DNA from: an uncultured Brevifollis sp.
Lineage (GTDB): Bacteria > Verrucomicrobiota > Verrucomicrobiia > Verrucomicrobiales > Verrucomicrobiaceae
Length of the DNA stretch: 64,000 bases
Direction of reading: 5' to 3'
Assembly (NCBI GenBank): GCA_964583255.1
Contig: CAZOVY010000004.1
Coordinates: 31,100 to 95,099 of the forward strand
The translations under genes and the position numbers were made by a program. Positions 55,956 to 64,000 of the stretch are shown piece by piece (within the stretch, counting starts at the first letter, position 1; every line of letters starts with the position of its first letter). The notes beneath the pieces are model-generated. The model was not told where the DNA came from and ran no database searches. It was given only the letters and a program-made list of their open reading frames with translations.

Positions 55956-56770
55956 AGCTTACTGAACACACTGCGAATCTGATCCACCGTGCCGATGGCG
56001 AGCACGACTTCGTATTCAAAAACAAGCCCAGGCTTGAGGGCAAAAGTTTGCAGTGGGGCGGCGTAGCTCACGTCACCCCGATTGCCTTCGCGGACTCGAT
56101 AACAGGTGGCTTCTTTGGCGTGCGGACACCAGAGACCGAGACCGCTGTCCTTGGCATCCACCCAGGCAAGCCAAGGCTCGGCAAAGTGAATCATCTCATT
56201 GGGAAAACCGGGCTGCTTGCGAGTGAGCTGTTGCTCAGCATTCACAAAAACCAACGTATCGAGCGCTGGCTTCACAAACAGCGCTGGCAACTCCTGGTGA
56301 TAGGCTGCGTACTGCTTTTCACCGCTATAAGTCATCTTAAATTTCAAGCGGGCGAGGCCGCCCTCAAGACGCAGCCATTGCTCCATCGTTACCTCTTTGA
56401 TAAGCGCCCCTGTGGCCCAATGACGCGGCTGGATCTTCGCATAAAGCTCGTCTTTCTCTTCGCGTGATTCGAGCACGACGGCAGACTCGTTTTTCCATGA
56501 ACCGCCCTGCACGGGGTTGTAGCGCCAAGGCTTGCCATTCCAGTCGCTGCCATCCTTGTCGCCATAATACGATTGCTGGAGGTAGCGGCCCACGTCATAG
56601 GCGTTGAGGAGATTGTCCGAGGAGTGCGCGTGTGAGAACCAACCCACACAAGCACCTGCGCTGAGGTTCACGCCAAGCCGAACTTTACCGTTGTCGAGAT
56701 AGGTCCATTTCTCGGCTGCCTGTGTCGTGGTGGATGCGATAAGGACGAAGTAGAGGCAGCGCAAAATCAT
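55949..56770 (-). CDS. Hypothetical secreted beta-sandwich protein
   Basis: Signal peptide with D.GR..QQSYYG, NPVQGG and QELPA motifs. Confidence 0.7.
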   Translation of the reverse strand: MILRCLYFVLIASTTTQAAEKWTYLDNGKVRLGVNLSAGACVGWFSHAHSSDNLLNAYDVGRYLQQSYYGDKDGSDWNGKPWRYNPVQGGSWKNESAVVLESREEKDELYAKIQPRHWATGALIKEVTMEQWLRLEGGLARLKFKMTYSGEKQYAAYHQELPALFVKPALDTLVFVNAEQQLTRKQPGFPNEMIHFAEPWLAWVDAKDSGLGLWCPHAKEATCYRVREGNRGDVSYAAPLQTFALKPGLVFEYEVVLAIGTVDQIRSVFSKLQ

Positions 56771-56774
56771 GGCA

Positions 56775-57647
56775 TCACGTGCTGGGCAGATCAGGAGAAA
56801 AAAAAGTGTGCTGACCTGAGAATCCATCTACCGCACCAGTATGCACCTGACGCGCCATCAGGCCGAGTCGCTCGTGCGCGGGCTGGCTGAACATCACATT
56901 CAAATTCAGACTTCCCGCGATCTTTTCGATGCGGAAAGCAAAGTTCACTTCAGGACCATGCAGGTTCATTTCCGCCATCGTCGGCACACTGCCGAGCGCC
57001 GCTGTGCCATGATGCAGGATGATGCGGAATGGTGGTGATTTCCGACTCTGCCGTGGATAAAGATCGGCTAGCGCGCGACGGATATTTTCAGCGCTGTCCG
57101 GATCAGATTCCCAGTAACAAAAGAAGCCGTCGCCAAGATACTTCATGATATGGCCGCCGTGAGATTCGATGATCTCGCGGCAGGCTTTGAACCAGCCGCC
57201 GGTGATGCGTGGCAGTTCTTCGGTGGAGACATTTTGAGCGAGCTGGGTGGAGCCGATGATGTCCGCCATGAGCATCCAGCACTGCGCGGTCTTCACACTC
57301 AGCATGGTGCTGGCCATGAGCTGCCGCCCGGCTGGGTGCGCCCCGGTCAGCATCTCCGTATGAAACGTCATCTCCACCGCTGAGAGTCGGATGACATCAC
57401 CGACACGCAATTGCAGCGGTTGTGAAATACGCCGTTCATTGAGGTAAGAGCCATTCGCACTGCCGAGATCCACCAGCCAGAATTCGCCTTCGCCCTGAGA
57501 CTGAATGATCGCATGTCGGCGAGAAATCTGGTCATCCGTGAGCACCACCGCATTCTCTGGTGCCCGCCCCACAGTCGCCGTGCCCGTCAGATTAAATCGA
57601 CGTCCGTCAGAAAATTCAAGCCAGGACAGGATGGGTGAGGCATTCAT
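56775..57647 (-). CDS. FHA domain + class III adenylate/guanylate cyclase
   Basis: FHA motifs GR, SRRHA and DLGSANG. Cyclase motifs ADIIGST, KYLGDG and VNFAFRIE. Confidence 0.92.
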   Translation of the reverse strand: MNASPILSWLEFSDGRRFNLTGTATVGRAPENAVVLTDDQISRRHAIIQSQGEGEFWLVDLGSANGSYLNERRISQPLQLRVGDVIRLSAVEMTFHTEMLTGAHPAGRQLMASTMLSVKTAQCWMLMADIIGSTQLAQNVSTEELPRITGGWFKACREIIESHGGHIMKYLGDGFFCYWESDPDSAENIRRALADLYPRQSRKSPPFRIILHHGTAALGSVPTMAEMNLHGPEVNFAFRIEKIAGSLNLNVMFSQPAHERLGLMARQVHTGAVDGFSGQHTFFSPDLPST

Positions 57648-57956
57648 GGAGCAGACGAGTCATGCCCCGCTGACCGCCGGAAGGCAACTGCGATCTGAGT
57701 GCTTCACCGTAATGCAGAGGCTGGAAGTGGCCACTAGGCAAGGCGTGATCAAATCCGACTCCCTGGTATTCGCTTCGGTCCTCATTCTGATTTCGGTGCT
57801 CAATTCTCTCATACCTGTGATCGTTCGACCCCCGGCTATTCATGGGGAACCACGCTGTGGTTCAAAGATGTAGCTACCTATGAGACGTGCTCCCGACTCT
57901 TTTATGGGGTCGCTCTCAGGAGGTCGTCTGATGAATGGACAACCCTCCCCCCTTTG

Positions 57957-60008
57957 ATGCATTCACGTCTCTTTCTCCTGCTCGGTCTATCGTTGATCAC
58001 CGCTCTGCACGCCCAAGAAGCAAAACCGAAGCTGCTGGAGGAAATCGTGATCGAGGGGAAGGCGGAGGATCTGCTGGGGAAGACGGACACGGCATCAAAA
58101 GGTCATGCGACGCAGGCTGACTTTCTGTCGCGTCCGCTGCTGCGGCGCGGGGAGATCGTGGAGGCGATCCCTGGCATGATCGCCACACAGCACGCAGGCG
58201 GAGGAAAGGCGAACCAGTATTTCCTGCGCGGGTTCAATCTGGATCACGGCACCGACTTTGCCATGAGCCTGGAAGGGATGCCGCTGAACATGCGAACGCA
58301 CGCGCATGGCCAGGGCTACACGGATATGAATCCACTGCTGCCTGAACTGGTGGAGTCGCTCGACTATGCCAAGGGCACCTACTCGGCGGCGGATGGCGAC
58401 CTCTCCAGCGCGGGCAGCGCGAATTTCCTGATGTGGGATCTGCTGCCGCAAAATTTGGTGAAGCTGGAGTTCGGCGAGTACAATTATTATCGCGCATTGG
58501 TGGCGGGCACGCTGCCGCTGGCGTCGGATGAAGAGAAGGGCGTGCAGCAGGGGCTGACCTATGCGTTGGAGTACAATTATTATGACGGCCCGTGGCAGCA
58601 GCCGGAGGAGTTCAGCCGCTGGAACGGGCTGCTCCGCTGGTTCAAGAACGATGACGACACGAAGCTCTCCGTGACCTTCATGGGCTATCGAGGCACTTGG
58701 ACGAGCACGGACCAAATCCCATCGGCATTGGTGAATAACGGCACGCTGGACCGCTTCGACACGCTGGACCCGACTGCTGGCGGTGAAAGCGAGCGCTACA
58801 GCCTGAACATGGCCTTTGAGCAGCGTGACGATGATGTGGTCACGCGGGCGAACCTTTACGCGATCTATTACATTCTCGATCTGTACTCCAACTTCACCTA
58901 TGAACTCGCTCCCGGCCTGCCCACGGGTGACCAGTTTCAGCAGGCCGAGCAGCGCTGGGTCTTCGGCGGTCAGGTCTCGCGTACTTGGGAGAAGCGTGAG
59001 CTGATGGGCATCGAGTCGGACATCACGCTCGGCTTGCAGACGCGCACAGATTTAATCAATGGCATCGGCCTGTGGCAGACACAGCAGCGCAGCCGTCACA
59101 CGGCGATCCGTCAGGATGACATTCTGGAATCAAGCATCGGCGTGTATGGAGAGGCCGTCACGCGCTGGACGCCGTGGTTCCGCACCGTGCTGGGTCTGCG
59201 GGGTGACTTGTATTACTTCGAGCCGCAGGACACGACGGCCGCCGGTCAGGATGCTGAAGTGGCAGGCATCGTCAGCCCGAAGTTCAGCGCTATCTTTGGC
59301 CCGTGGAAGCAGACGGAACTGTATCTGAACTTTGGCACCGGTTTTCATAGCAATGATGCGCGCGGTGTCACGGCGGGCACTGGCCCCGCAGATGCACTGG
59401 TGCGCACCATGGGCGCAGAGATCGGCATGCGTACGCAGGCCATGAAGGATGTGACCACCACGCTGTCGCTGTTCTGGCTGCAAAGTGACAGCGAACTCGT
59501 CTATGTCGGCGATGCAGGCACCAATGAACCCGGCCCTGGCTCCGAGCGTTACGGCATCGAGATAGCCAGCTACTGGCGGCCTACCAAATGGTTCAGCGCC
59601 GATGGCGAGCTGGCGCTGACCCATGCGCGCTTCATTGATACTCCGGCGGGAGCGGACCACATCCCGAACAGCATCCCCATCATGTTCAGCGGTGGCATCA
59701 ATCTCGGCGCGCAGGGGAATGACACAGGCTGGTTCGCTGGTGCCCGCGTGCGCATGTTCGCCAACAGTCCGCTGGAGGAAACCGACACCGTGCGTGGACG
59801 CGACAGCGTGCTCGTCAATGCCACCATGGGCTATCGCGCGAAGAACTGGGAGGTCGCTGTCGATGGACTGAATCTCCTGGATCGCCAGGACAACGACATC
59901 TCCTACTTTTACGAGAGTCAGGCTCCGGGCCGCCCTGCGGCCAATGACACGCACATCCACCCCATCGAGCCGCGCATGTTCAGGCTGAGGCTGACGTATC
60001 GGTTTTAG
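57957..60008 (+). CDS. TonB-dependent receptor
   Basis: Signal peptide, TonB-box-like EEIVI, plug QHAGGGKANQYFLRGFNLDHGTDF, and C-terminal NLLD...EPR..RL.YRF. Confidence 0.93.
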   Translation: MHSRLFLLLGLSLITALHAQEAKPKLLEEIVIEGKAEDLLGKTDTASKGHATQADFLSRPLLRRGEIVEAIPGMIATQHAGGGKANQYFLRGFNLDHGTDFAMSLEGMPLNMRTHAHGQGYTDMNPLLPELVESLDYAKGTYSAADGDLSSAGSANFLMWDLLPQNLVKLEFGEYNYYRALVAGTLPLASDEEKGVQQGLTYALEYNYYDGPWQQPEEFSRWNGLLRWFKNDDDTKLSVTFMGYRGTWTSTDQIPSALVNNGTLDRFDTLDPTAGGESERYSLNMAFEQRDDDVVTRANLYAIYYILDLYSNFTYELAPGLPTGDQFQQAEQRWVFGGQVSRTWEKRELMGIESDITLGLQTRTDLINGIGLWQTQQRSRHTAIRQDDILESSIGVYGEAVTRWTPWFRTVLGLRGDLYYFEPQDTTAAGQDAEVAGIVSPKFSAIFGPWKQTELYLNFGTGFHSNDARGVTAGTGPADALVRTMGAEIGMRTQAMKDVTTTLSLFWLQSDSELVYVGDAGTNEPGPGSERYGIEIASYWRPTKWFSADGELALTHARFIDTPAGADHIPNSIPIMFSGGINLGAQGNDTGWFAGARVRMFANSPLEETDTVRGRDSVLVNATMGYRAKNWEVAVDGLNLLDRQDNDISYFYESQAPGRPAANDTHIHPIEPRMFRLRLTYRF

Positions 60009-60118
60009 ACTGGCGCTGCATCAATAAGGACGCCCGCATCAAACGCAACCCCCTCTAACTAACAGCGCTGCTGGAATGAACCACTAGGGGTGCTTTTGCA
60101 AAGCGCGTCTTTTAGCAG

Positions 60119-60526
60119 TCACCTCCAACCTTGCGCTAACTCCTTCAAACGTGCTCGCACGGCAGCGAGACCATTGAGGCGTGTGGGAGAGAGTAGTTTC
60201 ACGAAGCCGCAGCGCGCCCACATCTCGGGTTCGATCTCGACCACCTCAGCGGGCGTGGCGGCGCTGTAGAGATCACAGAGTAGCGCGATCAAACCGGCGA
60301 CCATGGGTGAATCGGCGGCGCAGCGAAAATGAGTGAGGCCATCGCGCAGCTCTCCATGCAACCAGACGCGGGAGATGCAGCCGGGGACAATGAGACCTTC
60401 GGTTTTCAATTCTTCGGGCAGACGTTTTCTAGCCACATAACTAGTTAGTGCGGACAGACGCTCGTGGGCGTCTTTGATGAGATTCAGGTCACTGATGAGC
60501 TCGGTTTGTTTCGCGGAGAGAGACAT
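60119..60526 (-). CDS. sufE: SufE family cysteine desulfuration protein
   Basis: VPGCISRVWL, ADS..V.G and LSPTRLNGL. Confidence 0.92.
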   Translation of the reverse strand: MSLSAKQTELISDLNLIKDAHERLSALTSYVARKRLPEELKTEGLIVPGCISRVWLHGELRDGLTHFRCAADSPMVAGLIALLCDLYSAATPAEVVEIEPEMWARCGFVKLLSPTRLNGLAAVRARLKELAQGWR

Positions 60527-60535
60527 GGTTTCAGC

Positions 60536-62101
60536 TTACTTTCCCAGTAGCCCACCGCCGATGCCTTTGAGCAGATCAAGGCCCTTTCCAGCCGCCTTGC
60601 CTGCGGCGTCAGTGGCACCTTTGAGGGCATCTCCGGGCTTCTTCGCGGCATCTTTACCGAGCACGGGACTCAGGAGGAGTTCGGTGCCCTGGGTGACGAC
60701 TTCGACCGGTGCGTTGAGCAGAGCTTTGCCAGCGCCACCGATGAGGCGTTCCGTCAAATCTTCGCGCGGCGAGTCGATGGTGCCAGTGACGCGCAGGGGA
60801 GTCCACAACATGCCGGGCGGTCCCTGTGGATTCGAGCCTGTGAAGACGTGTTTCTGTGCTCCAGGAATCCACTTCAATGTTTCTGGTGTGACGCCGAGCA
60901 TGAAGTTGCCGTTGACCTGGCCGCCCTGAATAAAAAGACTGCCTTCGATGCGGACGAGACCGTTGGATTGAATGATGATCTTATCAAACTGCCGTGTCTC
61001 ACCCGAGCCGCGCACATGGGCACTGGCGATGTCGAGGATGATGCGCTTGAAGCGGTCCACGCCCGTGTAGGTGGCGAGTTTGTCGAGGATCGGCATGGCG
61101 GTGAGTACGCCTTTTTTGAGCTGCACATCTCCCTCGACACTCGGGGCCTTGGATCGGCTGCCTTCGATGTCGAGATCGCCCTCGATCAGGCCGGTGAGTC
61201 GTAACTTCCAGTCGTCGCTCATGACCTCACGCAGCGGAATGGCGACGAGATGGGCGCTCATCTTCCAAGAGCCTTCTTTCGGGCGAATGTGGGCATTCAC
61301 TGTGATCTCGCTGTCGCCCAGCCAATGGACGATGGCCTCGCTGAGATGCAGGTCGTCACGACTCAGGCGCGTGGTAGCGCGCGTGAGATTGAATTTCATA
61401 GGGACGAGCTGCACAGGAAGCTGAATGGGGGTCTCAACGATGCCGCCTTCGACGGTGGCCTGCACGGAGTGCTCCCCCTGCTGCCAGGCTCCGAGGCGGA
61501 GCTTGGACTCGTTGACTTTCCAGGGTCCGTAGGCCAGGGAGAAATCATCGATGCGGACGCCATCGACCTCTGTTGTGCTCGGCAGGTAGCTGCGCAGCCA
61601 GGCGGGGATTGTGCTTGGAGCACCGGCTTTAGACGGCTCTGGGGTCTGGGGTGCTTCGTGGACGTTACCAGAACCGCCTGAAGGCGGTGCTCCGAAAGCG
61701 GAAGTGGCGGAAGGCGAGACATCATAACTAAGACTCAGCGCATCCATGCCGGTGTTGATGATGCGCCATTTGCTCTGGCGAAAGGCATTCCAATCGAGCG
61801 CGAGATGCAGGCCGTTGAGGTTCGCCTGCCAGCCTTTATCCGTAATAATGTGGGCCTCTTGAGTGGTGACTTCATCACCGGTCCAGCGCAGTGGAGCGAG
61901 TGTGACACTGCCCTGAAGTTGTGTGCCAAAGAACTGCTCCATCTTGCCACGAAACGCCTCCTTTTGGAGATAGCCGCGCACCCAACTCATGACGAGCATG
62001 GGCGCGAACAAGCCTAGAAAGACAATGATCAGGCCCAAACCGAGGAGGGCGAATAACCAACGAGACGTTTTGCTGGAGCGGCGACGAGTTTGAGCGGTCA
62101 T
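60536..62101 (-). CDS. AsmA-like membrane-anchored protein
   Basis: N-terminal TM helix, long beta-rich body and C-terminal P.RVTGT.DSP motif. Confidence 0.6.
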   Translation of the reverse strand: MTAQTRRRSSKTSRWLFALLGLGLIIVFLGLFAPMLVMSWVRGYLQKEAFRGKMEQFFGTQLQGSVTLAPLRWTGDEVTTQEAHIITDKGWQANLNGLHLALDWNAFRQSKWRIINTGMDALSLSYDVSPSATSAFGAPPSGGSGNVHEAPQTPEPSKAGAPSTIPAWLRSYLPSTTEVDGVRIDDFSLAYGPWKVNESKLRLGAWQQGEHSVQATVEGGIVETPIQLPVQLVPMKFNLTRATTRLSRDDLHLSEAIVHWLGDSEITVNAHIRPKEGSWKMSAHLVAIPLREVMSDDWKLRLTGLIEGDLDIEGSRSKAPSVEGDVQLKKGVLTAMPILDKLATYTGVDRFKRIILDIASAHVRGSGETRQFDKIIIQSNGLVRIEGSLFIQGGQVNGNFMLGVTPETLKWIPGAQKHVFTGSNPQGPPGMLWTPLRVTGTIDSPREDLTERLIGGAGKALLNAPVEVVTQGTELLLSPVLGKDAAKKPGDALKGATDAAGKAAGKGLDLLKGIGGGLLGK

Positions 62102-62153
62102 GGCGTGGGCAAGATGACGCCTTTGGGCCTTTCGGCAAATGAAGAGCAGCAGC

Positions 62154-62903
62154 TTATCTGCCGGTCTTGGCGCTGATCAGTTCGCGCAACGGATCACCTG
62201 CGGGAATGGTGTCGCGCGCTGCATCGGCGACATCGAGTAGATCACGTCCGCCGAAGTGACTGGTAGCGCTTTCGATGGCGGCATTCACAGCGGACGGACC
62301 GCCGACGAGTTTGTTGATGATGGTCTGCCAGTTGTAGAGCATGCGCCATTTGTGGTAGGCGTGGTAGTTCTTCACGCTTGCATCGGTAGCTGCCCCAAAA
62401 GCGTTTTGGGCGGCATCGAGCCGCTTAAACGCCGTAACATACTGGCGTTCGACCTCGGCATACTGCGTTGAGTTGTAGACTTTTCCCGCGGCCTTCCACT
62501 GGCTGACGATGTCGGAGTCGATGACAAGACCTGGCAGCATGGTGAGCATGATGTCATCACGGGTGTGCGGCTTTGGGCCAATGCCGAGTCCATTGACTGA
62601 GCTCGTGTTCGCTTGCTGAAGCTGACCGAGCCGCCACTCCGAGACGCCGCGCATCATCCAGGCTGTGGCGCGGAGTTCTGAGGCCAAAGCTTTGATGTAG
62701 GAATCGGTCAGAGCGCTGGCCACTTCCTTGTAGGCTGAGGAACCCGTGCCGCCGCCTTCTGGGGCGATATTGTCTGCGCTCGATGCGGCGTTGAACTTAG
62801 TTTGGACGCTGCGGAAATCGAGCGTCGTGCGTGTTGAAGGACAACTGCAAAGCAGCAGCGACAAAAGCAGGCTGAAGAGAGGAAGAAGACGTTGATGTTT
62901 CAT
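62154..62903 (-). CDS. Hypothetical lipoprotein
   Basis: Lipobox-like LCSC after a Leu-rich signal; helical body. Confidence 0.7.
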   Translation of the reverse strand: MKHQRLLPLFSLLLSLLLCSCPSTRTTLDFRSVQTKFNAASSADNIAPEGGGTGSSAYKEVASALTDSYIKALASELRATAWMMRGVSEWRLGQLQQANTSSVNGLGIGPKPHTRDDIMLTMLPGLVIDSDIVSQWKAAGKVYNSTQYAEVERQYVTAFKRLDAAQNAFGAATDASVKNYHAYHKWRMLYNWQTIINKLVGGPSAVNAAIESATSHFGGRDLLDVADAARDTIPAGDPLRELISAKTGR

Positions 62904-62920
62904 AAGATGTGATGCGGGCT

Positions 62921-64000
62921 TCAGACGTGTTGGAGGATGAGGCTGGCGGTGCTGATGACAGCGGCGTTATCGGTCAGAGTGAGTTCGTTCTGCAAAACTT
63001 GGATGAGCATTTCTTCGATCAGGGCAGGCAGATTCGCCCCGTTGATGCGGTTTTCTAAATCACCACTGGCGGCGAGCGCGAGCACGGTGCTGATGGTGGT
63101 TTTGATCGGCTCTTTGACACGCTTGCCTAGCAGTCCATCGAGATTGGCTGAGACGACGGGTAGAATGCCAGTGACGGTGGCGACAAAGACATCTCGACTC
63201 ATCAGTCGGCGCGGGTCTTGACTCTCTAGCACGGCATTGGCGGCCTGCTGGGTGATCTGGAAGAGCACGTTGTTGCGCACGCTGGTGGTGTTGAGATCGA
63301 GCAACTTGTCGGCATTGAGCACTCCCGTCTTGATCGCGGCCTGCACCAGGGTGAGGAAGCCTTCACCTGTGACGAGCTTTTGCGGATCATCCCCGAGCGC
63401 CTTCGCTGTGGAGCCGATGATTTGAGCGAGCACGGTTTTCAATTCATCGTCCGCCACGCCATGCATGAGCTGTTCGGGATGCTTCGCCACTTCAGCAAAG
63501 GCCATGCCGGTGAGCTCGATCAACTGCCGTTTAGAAAGCAGGTTCTTCGCTGTCGCATCTCCAGCCAGGCGCTTGTCCAATCCATTCGCGATAGCGGTGA
63601 CGGTATCCGCAAGCAGTTGCTTCTCGGGGCTGTCTGGGTCGATCAGCGTTTCGATATTCTCCGTCACGGCTTCCAGCGCCGACTGCACGATTGCGGAGAC
63701 GGTTTCTTTGCCGAAGACTTTGTCAGCCTGCGGTGTCGTCAGAGAGGCCACCACACTGCCGATCATGGAACTTAGCAGCTTGTTGTCGGTGAAGACTGTG
63801 CTGTTCTCTGCCACAGCGGTGAGTGCGCTGTGATAGATCATCTCCATGGATTCATTGGTGAAGAGATCTTCCTTCCCATCAATGCCAGCGACCACACTGG
63901 AAAGCGTGGCTTTAATCAGCGTCTTCGACTGCGCATCACCGCGCATGAAGAGGTCGATATTTCCCGTAAGCGCAGACGCACCGCCGCGCACGACACTGGA
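62921..64000 (-). CDS. Hypothetical all-alpha repeat protein (5' truncated by window edge)
   Basis: The frame stays open to the window end. Repeating amphipathic helices (AL.AV.EN, A..EVAKHP). Confidence 0.7.
   Translation of the reverse strand, partial: SSVVRGGASALTGNIDLFMRGDAQSKTLIKATLSSVVAGIDGKEDLFTNESMEMIYHSALTAVAENSTVFTDNKLLSSMIGSVVASLTTPQADKVFGKETVSAIVQSALEAVTENIETLIDPDSPEKQLLADTVTAIANGLDKRLAGDATAKNLLSKRQLIELTGMAFAEVAKHPEQLMHGVADDELKTVLAQIIGSTAKALGDDPQKLVTGEGFLTLVQAAIKTGVLNADKLLDLNTTSVRNNVLFQITQQAANAVLESQDPRRLMSRDVFVATVTGILPVVSANLDGLLGKRVKEPIKTTISTVLALAASGDLENRINGANLPALIEEMLIQVLQNELTLTDNAAVISTASLILQHV

Noticed and set aside
57648..57760. Cobalamin or NiCo riboswitch upstream of the TonB receptor (GAGCAG..GCCGG..GGCAAC; GCCACT..AGG fragments)
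   Set aside because: Only scattered words match and I could not build the required multi-stem junctions. An Infernal/Rfam scan would be decisive.

Overview
A gene-dense, GC-rich bacterial chromosomal window. The protein content suggests a Verrucomicrobiota (Prosthecobacter-like) host, which is an inference. About 52 CDS are supported. Housekeeping genes include tyrS, mfd, dtd, glyQS, hemL, coaC, msrA, pfkA, dnaE, dapB, folK and sufE. There are also many secreted hydrolases, envelope proteins and a ParE-type toxin-antitoxin pair. No tRNA, rRNA, CRISPR array, transposase or integrase was seen. The main feature is a ~12 kb cyanophycin locus at 41.3-53.2 kb. Two complementary cyanophycin synthetase paralogues flank an ABC transporter, a DUF1854 protein, a membrane-fused SAM-dependent (spermidine-synthase-like) enzyme, a membrane acyltransferase and a Bacillus Tgl-like cysteine transglutaminase. 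No cyanophycinase is present in the window. The locus may make, modify or cross-link, and export a cyanophycin-type polymer. Secondary observations are an apparent blaI::blaR deletion fusion, a 100-aa minimal RNase III domain, a decamer-built inverted repeat at the folK start, and a possible leader peptide before a TonB-dependent receptor. All family calls come from motif recognition by eye; no database searches were run.
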